Below the pieces are notes generated by a model. It was not told the DNA's origin. It saw nothing but the letters and a program-made list of their open reading frames with translations, and did no database searches. This document shows positions 49,855-64,000 of a DNA stretch of 64,000 nt, in pieces. Every line of letters begins with the position of its first letter. Positions within the stretch are counted from its first letter, which is position 1. Source of the stretch: Eledone cirrhosa (taxonomy: Eukaryota); the NCBI GenBank assembly GCA_964016885.1, contig OZ024745.1:114638001-114702000 (forward strand), in the 5' to 3' direction. A program made the position numbers and the translations under genes.

Positions 49855-52800
49855 TACATGCACCAATATCGACATACCAGTAACATATTTACAGTATAGT
49901 GTTCACAGTACATACACCAATATCGACATACCAGTAACATATTTACAGTATTCACAGTACGTACACCAATATGGACATACCAGTAACATATTTACAGTAT
50001 ACAGTATTCACAGTACATACACCAATATGGACATACCAGTGACATATTTACAGTATACAGTATACACAGTACATACACCAATATGGACATACCAGTAACA
50101 TATTTACAGTATACAGTATTCACAGTACATACACCAATATCGACATACCAGTAACATATTTACAGTATTCACAGTACGTACACCAATATGGACATACCAG
50201 TAACATATTTACAGTATACAGTATTCACAGTACATACACCAATATCGACATACCAGTAACATATTTACAGTATTCACAGTACGTACACCAATATGGACAT
50301 ACCAGTAACATATTTACAGTATACAGTATTCACAGTACATACACCAATATGGACATACCAGTGACATATTTACAGTATACAGTATTCACAGTACATACAC
50401 CAATATCGACATACCAGTAACATATTTACAGTATATAGTGTTCACAGTACATACACCAATATGGACATACCAGTGACATATTTACAGTATACAGTATACA
50501 CAATACATACACCAATATCCACATACCAGTGACATATTTACAGTATACAGTGTTCACAGTACATACACCAATATGGACATACCAGTAACATATTTACAGT
50601 ATACAGTATACACAATACATACACCAATATGGACATACCAGTAACATATTTACAGTATACAGTGTTCACAGTACATACACCAATATGGACATACCAGTAA
50701 CATATTTACAGTATACAGTGTTCACAGTACATACACCAATATGGACATACCAGTAACATATTTACAGTATACAGTATTCACAGTACATACACCAATATGG
50801 ACATACCAGTAACATATTTACAGTATACAGTATACACAGTACATACACCAATATGGACATACCAGTGACATATTTACAGTATACAGTGTTCACAGTACAT
50901 ACACCAATATGGACATACCAGTAACATATTTACAGTATACAGTATTCACAGTACATACACCAATATGGACATACCAGTAACATATTTACAGTATACAGTA
51001 TACACAGTACATACACCAATATGGACATACCAGTGACATATTTACAGTATACAGTGTTCACAGTACATACACCAATATGGACATACCAGTAACATATTTA
51101 CAGTATACAGTATTCACAGTACATACACCAATATGGACATACCAGTAACATATTTACAGTATACAGTATACACAGTACATACACCAATATGGACATACCA
51201 GTAACATATTTACAGTATACAGTATTCACAGTACATACACCAATATGGACATACCAGTAACATATTTACAGTATACAGTGTTCACAGTACATACACCAAT
51301 ATGGACATACCAGTAACATATTTACAGTATACAGTGTTCACAGTACATACACCAATATGGACATACCAGTAACATATTTACAGTATACAGTATTCACAGT
51401 ACATACACCAATATGGACATACCAGTAACATATTTACAGTATACAGTATACACAGTACATACACCAATATGGACATACCAGTGACATATTTACAGTATAC
51501 AGTGTTCACAGTACATACACCAATATGGACATACCAGTAACATATTTACAGTATACAGTATTCACAGTACATACACCAATATGGACATACCAGTAACATA
51601 TTTACAGTATACAGTATACACAGTACATACACCAATATGGACATACCAGTAACATATTTACAGTATACAGTATTCACAGTACATACACCAATATGGACAT
51701 ACCAGTAACATATTTACAGTATACAGTATACACAGTACATACACCAATATCGACATACCAGTAACATATTTACAGTATACAGTATACACAGTACATACAC
51801 CAATATCCACATACCAGTGACATATTTACAGTATACAGTATTCACAGTACATACACCAATATGGACATACCAGTAACATATTTACAGTATACAGTGTTCA
51901 CAGTACATACACCAATATCGACATACCAGTGACATATTTACAGTATACAGTATACACAGTACATACACCAATATGGACATACCAGTGACATATTTACAGT
52001 ATACAGTGTTCACAGTACATACACCAATATGGACATACCAGTGACATATTTACAGTATACAGTGTTCACAGTACATACACCAATATGGACATACCAGTGA
52101 CATATTTACAGTATACAGTATACACATTACATACACCAATATGGACATACCAGTGACATATTTACAGTATACAGTATACACAGTACATACACCAATATGG
52201 ACATACCAGTGACATATTTACAGTATACAGTGTTCACAGTACATACACCAATATGGACATACCAGTGACATATTTACAGTATAGTGTTCACAGTACATAC
52301 ACCAATATGGACATACCAGTGACATATTTACAGTATACAGTGTTCACAGTACATACACCAATATGGACATACCAGTAACATATTTACAGTATACAGTATA
52401 CACATTACATACACCAATATGGACATACCAGTGACATATTTACAGTATAGAGTATACACAGTACATACACCAATATGGACATACCAGTGACATATTTACA
52501 GTATACAGTGTTCACAGTACATACACCAATATGGACATACCAGTAACATATTTACAGTATACAGTGTTCACAGTACATACACCAATATGGACATACCAGT
52601 GACATATTTACAGTATACAGTGTTCACAGTACATACACCAATATGGACATACCAGTAACATATTTACAGTATACAGTATTCACAGTACATACACCAATAT
52701 GGACATACCAGTAACATATTTACAGTATACAGTATACACAGTACATACACCAATATGGACATACCAGTAACATATTTACAGTATACAGTATTCACAGTAC

Positions 52801-55800
52801 ATACACCAATATGGACATACCAGTAACATATTTACAGTATACAGTATACACAGTACATACACCAATATCGACATACCAGTAACATATTTACAGTATACAG
52901 TATACACAGTACATACACCAATATCCACATACCAGTGACATATTTACAGTATACAGTATTCACAGTACATACACCAATATGGACATACCAGTAACATATT
53001 TACAGTATACAGTGTTCACAGTACATACACCAATATCGACATACCAGTGACATATTTACAGTATACAGTATACACAGTACATACACCAATATGGACATAC
53101 CAGTGACATATTTACAGTATACAGTGTTCACAGTACATACACCAATATGGACATACCAGTGACATATTTACAGTATACAGTGTTCACAGTACATACACCA
53201 ATATGGACATACCAGTGACATATTTACAGTATACAGTATACACATTACATACACCAATATGGACATACCAGTGACATATTTACAGTATACAGTATACACA
53301 GTACATACACCAATATGGACATACCAGTGACATATTTACAGTATACAGTGTTCACAGTACATACACCAATATGGACATACCAGTGACATATTTACAGTAT
53401 AGTGTTCACAGTACATACACCAATATGGACATACCAGTGACATATTTACAGTATACAGTGTTCACAGTACATACACCAATATGGACATACCAGTAACATA
53501 TTTACAGTATACAGTATACACATTACATACACCAATATGGACATACCAGTGACATATTTACAGTATAGAGTATACACAGTACATACACCAATATGGACAT
53601 ACCAGTGACATATTTACAGTATACAGTGTTCACAGTACATACACCAATATGGACATACCAGTAACATATTTACAGTATACAGTGTTCACAGTACATACAC
53701 CAATATGGACATACCAGTGACATATTTACAGTATACAGTGTTCACAGTACATACACCAATATGGACATACCAGTGACATATTTACAGTATACAGTGTTCA
53801 CAGTACATACACCAATATCGACATACCAGTAACATATTTACAGTATACAGTATTTACAGTACATACACCAATATGGACATACCAGTGACATATTTACAGT
53901 ATATAGTGTTCACAGTACATACACCAATATGGACATACCAGTGACATATTTACAGTATACAGTATTCACAGTACATACACCAATATGGACATACCAGTGA
54001 CATATTTACAGTATACAGTATACACAGTACATACACCAATATGGACATACCAGTAACATATTTACAGTATACAGTATACACAGTACATACACCAATATCG
54101 ACATACCAGTAACATATTTACAGTATACAGTATTCACAATACATACACCAATATCGACATATCAGTGACATATTTACAGTATACAGTATACACAGTACAT
54201 ACACCAATATCGACATATCAGTGACATATTTACAGTATACAGTATTCACATTACATACACCAATATGGACATACCAGTGACATATTTACAGTATACAGTA
54301 TTCACATTACATACACCAATGTGGACATACCAGTGACATATTTACAGTATACAGTATACACAGTACATACACCAATATGGACATACCAGTGACATATTTA
54401 CAGTATACAGTATACACAGTACATACACCAATATGGACATACCAGTAACATATTTACAGTATACAGTGTTCACAGTACATACACCAATATGGACATACCA
54501 GTAACATATTTACAGTATACAGTATTCACATTACATACAGCAATATGGACATACCAGTGACATATTTACAGTATACAGTATTCACAGTACATACACCAAT
54601 ATGGACATACCAGTAACATATTTACAGTATACAGTGTTCACAGTACATACACCAATATGGACATACCAGTAACATATTTACAGTATACAGTATACACAGT
54701 ACATACACCAATATGGACATACCAGTGACATATTTACAGTATACAGTATTCACATTACATACAGCAATATGGACATACCAGTGACATATTTACAGTATAC
54801 AGTATTCACAGTACATACACCAATATCGACATACCAGTAACATATTTACAGTATACAGTATACACAATACATACACCAATATGGACATACCAGTAACATA
54901 TTTACAGTATACAGTGTTCACAGTACATACACCAATATGGACATACCAGTAACATATTTACAGTATACAGTGTTCACAGTACATACACCAATATGGACAT
55001 ACCAGTAACATATTTACAGTATACAGTATTCACATTACATACAGCAATATGGACATACCAGTGACATATTTACAGTATACAGTATTCACAGTAGATACAC
55101 CAATATGGACATACCAGTAACATATTTACAGTATACAGTGTTCACAGTACATACACCAATATGGACATACCAGTGACATATTTACAGTATACAGTATTCA
55201 CAGTACATACACCAATATGGACATACCAGTGACATATTTACAGTATACAGTATTCACAGTACATACACCAATATGGACATACCAGTGACATATTTACAGT
55301 ATACAGTGTTCACAGTACATACACCAATATCGACATACCAGTGACATATTTACAGTATACAGTATACACAATACATACACCAATATGGACATACCAGTAA
55401 CATATTTACAGTATACAGTATACACAGTACATACACCAATATCGACATACCAGTAACATATTTACAGTATACAGTATACACAATACATACACCAATATGG
55501 ACATACCAGTAACATATTTACAGTATACAGTGTTCACAGTACGTACACCAATATGGACATACCAGTAACATATTTACAGTATACAGTGTTCACATTACAT
55601 ACAGCAATATGGACATACCAGTGACATATTTACAGTATACAGTATTCACAGTACATACACCAATATGGACATACCAGTGACATATTTACAGTATACAGTA
55701 TTCACAGTACGTACACCAATATGGACATATCAGTGACATATTTACAGTATACAGTATTCACAGTACATACACCAATATCCACATACCAGTGACATATTTA

Positions 55801-57175
55801 CAGTATACAGTGTTCACAGTACATACACCAATATGGACATACCAGTGACATATTTACAGTATACAGTGTTCACAGTACATACACCAATATCGACATATCA
55901 GTGACATATTTACAGTATTCACAGTACATACACCAATATGGACATACCAGTGACATATTTACAGTATACAGTATTCACAGTACGTACACCAATATGGACA
56001 TACCAGTGACATATTTACAGTATACAGTATTCACAGTACATACACCAATATCGACATACCAGTGACATATTTACAGTATACAGTGTTCACAGTACATACA
56101 CCAATATGGACATACCAGTGACATATTTACAGTATACAGTGTTCACAGTACATACACCAATATGGACATACCAGTGACATATTTACAGTATACAGTATAC
56201 ACAGTACATACACCAATATCGACATATCAGTGACATATTTACAGTATACAGTATACACAGTACATACACCAATATGGACATACCAGTGACATATTTACAG
56301 TATACAGTATACACAGTACATACACCAATATGGACATACCAGTGACATATTTACAGTATACAGTGTTCACAGTACATACACCAATATGGACATACCAGTG
56401 ACATATTTACAGTATACAGTATACACAGTACATACACCAATATGGACATACCAGTAACATATTTACAGTATACAGTGTTCACAGTACATACACCAATATG
56501 GACATACCAGTAACATATTTACAGTATACAGTATTCACAGTACATACACCAATATGGACATACCAGTGACATATTTACAGTATACAGTATTCACAGTACA
56601 TACACCAATATGGACATACCAGTGACATATTTACAGTATACAGTATACACAGTACATACACCAATATGGACATACCAGTAACATATTTACAGTATACAGT
56701 GTTCACAGTACATACACCAATATCCACATACCAGTGACATATTTACAGTATACAGTATTCACAATACATACACCAATATCGACATACCAGTGACATATTT
56801 ACAGTTTACAGTATTCACAATACATACACCAATATGGACATACCAGTGACATATTTACAGTATACAGTGTTCACAGTACATACACCAATATGGACATACC
56901 AGTAACATATTTACAGTATACAGTGTTCACAGTACATACACCAATATCCACATACCAGTGACATATTTACAGTATACAGTGTTCACAGTACATACACCAA
57001 TATGGACATACCAGTAACATATTTACAGTATACAGTATTCACAGTACATGCACCAATATCGACATACCAGTGACATATTTACAGTATATAGTGTTCACAT
57101 TACATACACCAATATGGACATACCAGTGACATATTTACAGTATATAGTGTTCACAATATGCGACATTTACAGCAT
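49855..57175. repeat. 56-bp satellite array, ~130 monomers, with 49- and 54-bp variants
   Basis: Unit acatacaccaatatggacataccagt(a/g)acatatttacagtatacagt(a/g)t(t/a)cacagt. Confidence 0.98.
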
Positions 57176-57563
57176 ACAATATCCATAGCAACTGTTTCGC
57201 AGTTTCTTATGGCACTGTTACCTTAACTCTTTCCTATGATTAAAGTATTTCTCAGACATGTTATTTGTTTATGTCCGCCCACATCCATCTCCCACACACA
57301 ACACGCTGTTCACTCTATATCGGAAGGCAGCAATAATTCTTCCCTTATGTTACTATTTTTATAGCATTTCGAAGCACAAGGGACAGAGACAACCAGCATG
57401 TTGTTTCACAGAGTCAAGCGTTAATGTATACGTCTAATATATATTTTTAAATGTGTGTGTATGTTTATGTATGTATGTGTGTGTGTGGTAGTGTGTGAGG
57501 GGCGGGGGGGGGGGGAGTTTTACTCCAAAATGTCTGAAGTTAAAACAATGAAAAGCTGGTTGA

Positions 57564-57675
57564 ATCAGACTATCATGCTAATAACGCGAATGCCGCGAGT
57601 TTCAGATGTTTCAGACCATCATGCTAATAACGCGAGTATCAGTTGTTTCAGACCGTTGTGCTAATAATACGGGTG
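57564..57675. repeat. Three degenerate ~40-47-bp tandem units
   Basis: tcagac(t/c)atcatgctaataacgcga repeated. Confidence 0.7.
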
Positions 57676-58159
57676 TTACCGGTTTGACCCCCCACCCCAT
57701 ACACACACAGTGGGCAGCTTTTGATTTTCTCTTTCTTCCTTTATCTAAATATACACATTTCTTTAAGTTATTCAGTGTGACTGACACCAAGAGTGACTTA
57801 TCTTTATTATAGGAACATATAACGGAATTGAACTACCTACCTATATTTTAAAGGTTAAATTAAATATAGTTTGAGTTAAATGCAATTTTCAACATCACCG
57901 AGTTTCACGTAAAAAAAAAAAAAAGATGAATTTAAATATTTTAAAAATCTGTTAACAAAAATGTTAAGGGATGCAACGTGTATTAGCTTGTAATGAAATG
58001 CTACGTATCACGCGCCTTACGAAAATCTAGAAAATATACCCATTTCAAATAGAAAATATTTTAAGAACATTCCAAACTTGACGTACTTCGCTTCAAAGAC
58101 GATGATTTCCAATATTGGCAATTCTGAATATAGACGAACCTGTTATGGAAATATTAAGT

Positions 58160-58425
58160 ACTCTGTCTTGAACACAGAGACGCATCAGGCCAATGCTTAT
58201 CCCGGTTTTCGAGACGTTAAATGACTCAGAGTTCATGACTCCTCCACCCTGGATAGGACGCCAGTCCATCGCAGGGTTAAACACGGAGCTACTGCTGGTA
58301 CTCATTTTCAGCTGAGTATACTGGAGCAACGGGAAATAAAGTGTTTTGCTCAAGAACACAACCCAGTCCAGAAATCGAACCCACGACGTTATGATCGTAA
58401 GTCCGATACTTTTAACACTAGGCCA
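58160..58425 (-). mobile_element. SINE family 2
   Basis: Homologous to 4005-4344 and 9824-10110. Confidence 0.88.
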
Positions 58426-58914
58426 TCACCTCTGAAGCAAATGAATATAGTATTAAATGTTGTACAGATCATCAGAAGTCAATTAAAAACTCCGGGAAAA
58501 GAACAACATGCGATCATTTCAGAACATTTGACAATTTAAATATGCATTGGATCTCCCTTTACAAAAAGGACGAATCTTTGAAAATTCAATCTGTTGCATT
58601 GGATTAAGAACTACGATTAAAATCGTCGGAAAAAATACAAAGATTGAGTACATCGCAAATTACTACCACGTGACAATTTACCAAATTTGGAAATTCTGAA
58701 GTCGAAGTATTTTGCGTAAAATGCAACAAGATAGCAAGAAACCTACTTTTCCACATTACTATATTTGCATAAGTGTCATGGTGAAATTTAGAAAATCTTA
58801 CATATTTTTTATCGTTCCACTTACATATTGTATCTGCAAAGTGTATGTTATCTGGTCAATTCCTTTGCCTAAAAATCTTAGCTTTTCTAAACTATCATTA
58901 TCATAGCTAAATGC

Positions 58915-59125
58915 ACGGTGGTGGATTGGCAGTAGAGCATCGGACAATATGCTTTGTGGGACAGCGTTACGACCCTTTGTGTTCTGAGTTCAAATCCTGC
59001 CGAAGCTAGCTTTGCCTTTCATTTTTACGAGGCCGATAAAATAAAGTACCTCTAATGCACTGGGTCGATTTGATCGACTTTCCCCTCCCCCAAAATGTCT
59101 GGCCGTGTGCCTATAGTAAAAATCA
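58915..59125 (+). mobile_element. SINE family 1
   Basis: Head, B box, core and tail all present. Confidence 0.88.
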
Positions 59126-60449
59126 TTATTATAGCTAAGAACACCAACAATTGTCGGAATAAATGGGTTGAGAAGCTGAAGGTTCTGAAGCAGTTGACCG
59201 TAATTATTCTCTTCCTGATTTTAAAAGAAATGTCCAGATTGATGAGGCAGTTGACCTGTATGACAATAAATAATTTTTTTCCATTCTGCCCCAAAGAATT
59301 ATATTGGACAGAGGTTTTTATGGAAATGTTTCACCGATATTTCTTGTGTTGATTTATTTGTTTGTTTGTTTGCATGTATGTATGTATGTATGCATGCATG
59401 CGCGCGGCGCACATATTCAGTAACAGGAAATCTCTGTCTTTATTCCAGGATAATATTTCCTGTGGTTGTTTTAAAAACATCATGACCCATTAGGAAGTTA
59501 AATACCTTCGTGACTTTTTTGCAGTTTCTGGAAATATCTACATCTTCTACAGAAATTTGACAATCAATATCCTTGATTGCATCTTAGGGATTTAAGGGCG
59601 TCACTGTCTCTCTTGTTCATTAAGTATTTCGTAGCTATCTCCTGTTCTTGGATTGCAAAACATAGCCTTCAAAGGTTCTGGGTTTGGGAAAAAGGTTTTC
59701 CACATTCAACTATCGAACATGAAGATTTCTTTTGACCAAATTTCATTTCTATATCAGCTTAAGTGTTGTTATGAACTGCGGCTGCGGTTGTTTCTCGAAC
59801 GTTTGATGTCGTAGAATGAAACTTTATCGCTGCCGGGCGTTGATTTTGGAATATATGTTAAAAACAAACTGGAAAGAAAAAAAAAAAAATACCGTGCCCT
59901 AGGCCTAGAGCCCATCACCCTCCCCTTCCCATTCTCTGTGACCCTAGACTCTTTGCCTTTCTCTTCCTTTTCCGTTTTCATAACCCCAAAAGACACTTGC
60001 ATTTTTTTACAATAAAATAATTGTTTGTTTTGTTTCAAGAAATATAACACGTAAACGATTCGGTAATGAAAGTGTCTAATTCGATTAACAGAAGATATGG
60101 AAATGTAAACAAAGCGGAAACAGCGAGTGATAAGGGAACCTAGAAGGATAGGAAATAGTGCTTTTGATTCCGTTTTGTGTTTTTTAATACAATCATTTCA
60201 ATGCGGCACAATATACGACTAGCGTATTTGTCTTAACATATCTTTAGTGGAACAAACGTCTGTAAAAGAAAACATGGTTACAGGTAACAACCGATTACGT
60301 CAAACTTGTAGAACACATGAAAATGCTTTAATAAAAAATAAAAATTAAATAACATAGGTTGAATTAAATGAAATAAAGTGATTAAGTGCATTTTGGGTTG
60401 TTGTTTTTTTATTGGGGGGGGGGGGGTTCTATACCAATTCATTTACTTT

Positions 60450-61150
60450 TCAGTAAGGAACATTTTTCGCTGTTGTGTTGCACAAACGAAGACGGAATGT
60501 GCCTTGTAAAGTTATTCGTCTGTATTTTGGAAAACAGAATGCACCAGTTAGCACTGCATTATTATCGTTCCAAGATTAAAGTCTGAGTTCAAATCCCACC
60601 GAGGTTAACTTTGCATTTCATCCTTATGGGGTCGATGAAATAAAGTACCAGTAATGCACTGGGATAATTGCTGGCCTTGTGCCAAAAAATAGAAACAATT
60701 ATTATTGTTCCAAGAAATTGTAGTTTAACATGCATACTTTTAACGACGGGTTTTGAGAGCATTTCATTCCGTCAGTGTGTAAATACCAGGATGATTTCCT
60801 CCAACTTCCTGCTAAAGAGATAAACGCGCTATTTTGGACAATGCACTTGCCCACTTGTCAGTTAGTGAAATGAGCTCATGTTCTTCTCAGTCAATGTCAC
60901 CCATGATACAGCCAACAGATCAAGATATAATTGTAGCCTTACAAGAAATCATACTTCAGAAGATATTTGGACGAAATTCTCGTGGTGATAGAAACATTTT
61001 TTTAGGATAACACACAAGAGACAAAGAATTTTCAATAACATTAAGAATTACATCAAGCCTGGAATATTCAATTCAACCTTTCATGGAAGTCACCGAAGAC
61101 TACAATTCTAGCCAATGCTTGGGAAAAACACTTCTCTACGATGTGAAGGT
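60450..61150 (+). pseudogene. pogo/Tigger-type DDE transposase relic interrupted by a SINE
   Basis: KEHFSLLCCTNEDG..VKLFV, LALHYYRSK, EHFIPSV, ILDNALAH, VNVT-MIQPTDQDII are DDE_1 family motifs in the expected order. Confidence 0.75.
60575..60702 (+). mobile_element. 5'-truncated SINE family 1 with TSD
   Basis: attattatcgttccaag / attattattgttccaag flanks. Confidence 0.88.
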
Positions 61151-61249
61151 AGAATGTAATTTTGATGGACTCATGGTAAGGGATTTACATTTTATACTTC
61201 AAAGGGTAGATGATATAGATATTACCTAACCTGGTTAAGAGATACAGAG

Positions 61250-61630
61250 AATCATCATCACCGTTTTACGTCCATTCTTCCACGCTAGCATGGGTTAGAC
61301 AGGTTGTCCTGTTGTGGATAATGCCAGGCCGGGTGACCATGTCTTGTTCATACGGGAACTGATTTTGGCTTGATTTCTACAGCTGGATGCCCTTCCAAAC
61401 ACCAACCTCATTTACAGTGAGTACTGGGTGCTTTTTTTACCGTGGCGCCTACACAACCACTTTACAGTGTGGGCTGGGTGCGTTTTAGTTGTGATACCTC
61501 CACGACCACTTTGCAGTGGGAGGGGTGGGGGCATATTGTCTATATGCTTCAGCTTCGGCTTGTACCCGTCGGAAGTTGGATCTTCTGTATTACTGCGTAA
61601 CGCCAGAGGTCTCAGCCCTTGTGTCATCGA
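61250..61630 (-). mobile_element. Third SINE-like family with (GAT)n tail
   Basis: ggaagggcatccagctgtagaaa core and an RTE-like 3' tail (catgctagcgtggaagaatggacgtaaaacggtgatgatgat). Recognised from memory. Confidence 0.6.
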
Positions 61631-62640
61631 TGTCTCTGGAAACCAAGTGTTAATGGAAGACAAATAATGGATGAAGTTCTCATAGGTAATAAAAGATATA
61701 GTAAGGATGGTGAAAACATTGATGAAAATGCTGAAAAAAATATGCTTTTCAATAAAAAAAATACTGTGATATTTGTTCCACTGAGTTACACAGGCAATCT
61801 CTTATCACTTTTGTTCTTAGAGACACAACAAAGAAGTTTATAACGAATGATATCTTTCAGCAAATGCAAAATAAAATCAGTATGGATAAATAAATCAAAC
61901 CTGACAGTTGCATCTTGATGGGTGATGCTGCAATGTACACAAACATCCTTGACTGCATCAAAAAGAAAGTTCTCTGTATGATTGATTAGCAAACACTTAC
62001 TCAGCAGCCTACTTTAACCTCTAGGTTACAGATGTAGTCTCCTCAATGTATGTTCTATTGCAACTACAATGACAGTTGCTCTTTAAAACTAGCTTGTTGC
62101 ACACCACTTCTACTCAAGCCCACCTGTCCAAAATCATCAATGCTGTGATTCTCTCTCAATGCCATGATATCCACTTTTTCCCTTTCGATACAACATATAA
62201 ACACATAAACAACAACAAAAAATACAGAATTAAATTTTTTATTCAATTAACAGAATTTTTGTTTGTCAAATGTTTATAAAAATATATATGAAGTCATAAC
62301 AATGTAAGGAATGATATACTGGTTATCAAGAAAAACATGAAGCCAGCCAAATACAGGCAGCACCCAAATAAAAAAATGTACAGTTGCAATAGTTTTTATG
62401 TCAGGGATGACTAATTAGTACCTATTAATTATTATAAATCTAGATATTTTAAACAATGCATATCATATATGAAGTTAATGTATCTTATTCAATGTTTTAA
62501 TATTATTTGTGTAAAATGAAAAAATAGCACAAACCTTGTGTGACAAATATTTTGTCTTAAAACATCTATTTTGAACATAGAAGAGTGGAGCATACATGTT
62601 ACTATATGGTTTATACAAACTTTTGTTTATGGGCTAACCA

Positions 62641-62734
62641 CTGGACCAGATTTAGACCTTAGAGGGCCTAGGGCAGTTCAGGTTTGGTGAGCCCCTCATA
62701 TATATAATCTCTCTCTCTCTCTATTATATATATG

Positions 62735-62767
<33 letters not shown>

Positions 62768-62906
62768 ACAAGCATGAAGGGAGAGAGAGAGAGAAATACA
62801 ACAGAGACTTAAAAAGTAGCAATAGCCCTGTTTGAAGTGGGGGTCCTGGGCCTAGTTTGATGATTGGGCCCAGGGGCATTCACCTCCCCTGTTAAATCTG
62901 GCCCTG
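62641..62906. mobile_element. hAT-like MITE
   Basis: TIRs ctggaccagattta / taaatctggccctg. 8-bp TSD-like gctaacca / gttaacta. Confidence 0.65.
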
Positions 62907-63759
62907 GTTAACTATTCAATGTTCATCACCTATAAGGAGGCTAGTGTTTGTTTTCTTCTTGAAATTCATCTTTTAATTTTTTTTACATGTATCATATGTT
63001 CAAACAATGAACCTATATCCTATAGGAGAGTTTATGGAATGTTAAGTTTTAATAGCTGTGATGAGTGAAAAGTATAATTGCTTAGGCAGATATCCCACAA
63101 ACTCTCCGTTTGATTAATTGGAGCTGATGCATGCCCTTACCAATTTCTTCAGATTCCACACTTTAGTACTTCCTATTTCACTGTTAACAATAAAAATTCA
63201 TTATTCAGTCAACTAAGGCTAGACAAAATTGAAAAGATATTTATATATTTACAGACGTGCCATACATATTCACACACATATATATATACATTACACACAC
63301 ACACATATGTATGTACATTTACACACATATATATATATATATATATAATTAGACATATACACACCTCACACATAGATATTTACATACATATATACATATA
63401 TATTTGCATTCCATACACATACATTTATATACACACACACACACACACACAGATATACATATATATTTGCATTCTACATATATTTTGATTTTTAATCATT
63501 TGTTATATAATTTACATCTATCTATTTGCCAGTAGTTCTTCTGAGAAAAGATTAACATTTAATATTGTAAAATAATAAAAGTTGGTTTTAAGGCAAGGGA
63601 TTATTTAACCCTTTTGACATGAATACAGCCAAAATGGGCTCTGGTTCTATGAAATATAACCACTCATTTTAAAGGGTTCCTATTTAAAGTAAAATCTTCC
63701 AACATAATTTTATTTAAGAACCATATGTTAAGTCACTAAGTTATGAAATAATTAATGGC

Positions 63760-63948
63760 CTCTAATTTAAGCACAAGGCTAATAATCTTGAGAAAAAGGT
63801 GGAAAGTTGATGATATCAACCCCAGTACTTTATTGATTCTTCATTTTATTGACCTCATAGGTTTTGAAACTAGAATGTAGAGGGCTGTAACAAAATATTG
63901 CAATGCATTTTATCCCACATACAAATGATTGTGCCAATCCACTGCCCT
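63760..63948 (-). mobile_element. SINE family 1, old diverged copy
   Basis: taagcacaaggc...cccagtact...tttattgacctc...gccaatccactgccc. Confidence 0.65.
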
Positions 63949-64000
63949 TAGGAATAAATTCCTCAAAATTCTTCATTAATTAATAAAGTGTATTTCATTA

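Noticed and set aside
49855-57175. Satellite read as a CRISPR array or repeat-protein gene
   Set aside because: Contiguous monomers without spacers, and no long ORF.

Overview
This is AT-rich, microsatellite-saturated, non-genic animal DNA. The SINE types and the RTE with zinc fingers suggest an octopus or other cephalopod (inference). No host gene is supported, and nearly all track ORFs are artefacts of (TA)n/(CA)n/(GAA)n tracts. Recognisable content: (1) a near-full-length RTE LINE with one frameshift and three C-terminal C2H2 fingers (35157-38700, -); (2) five 5'-truncated Tx1/L1-like LINE copies stacked head-to-tail, each bounded by (GATA)n (28690-32171); (3) about 30 tRNA-derived SINEs, including a 7 x 191-bp tandem array; (4) a 7.3-kb 56-bp satellite with a 1118-bp higher-order duplication; (5) MITEs, a pogo/Tigger transposase relic and a tRNA-Asn half. 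The most interesting signal is several unrelated families of short non-coding elements in (TA)n tracts. They carry minimal type I hammerhead ribozyme motifs, including a compensatory U3-A8 core variant. Many are asymmetric snap-back palindromes whose short arm rejoins the (TA)n tract at a TA microhomology. They look like Penelope-like pLTR / retrozyme-type insertions that record a fold-back integration mechanism. Family assignments and ribozyme activity were judged by eye and are untested.
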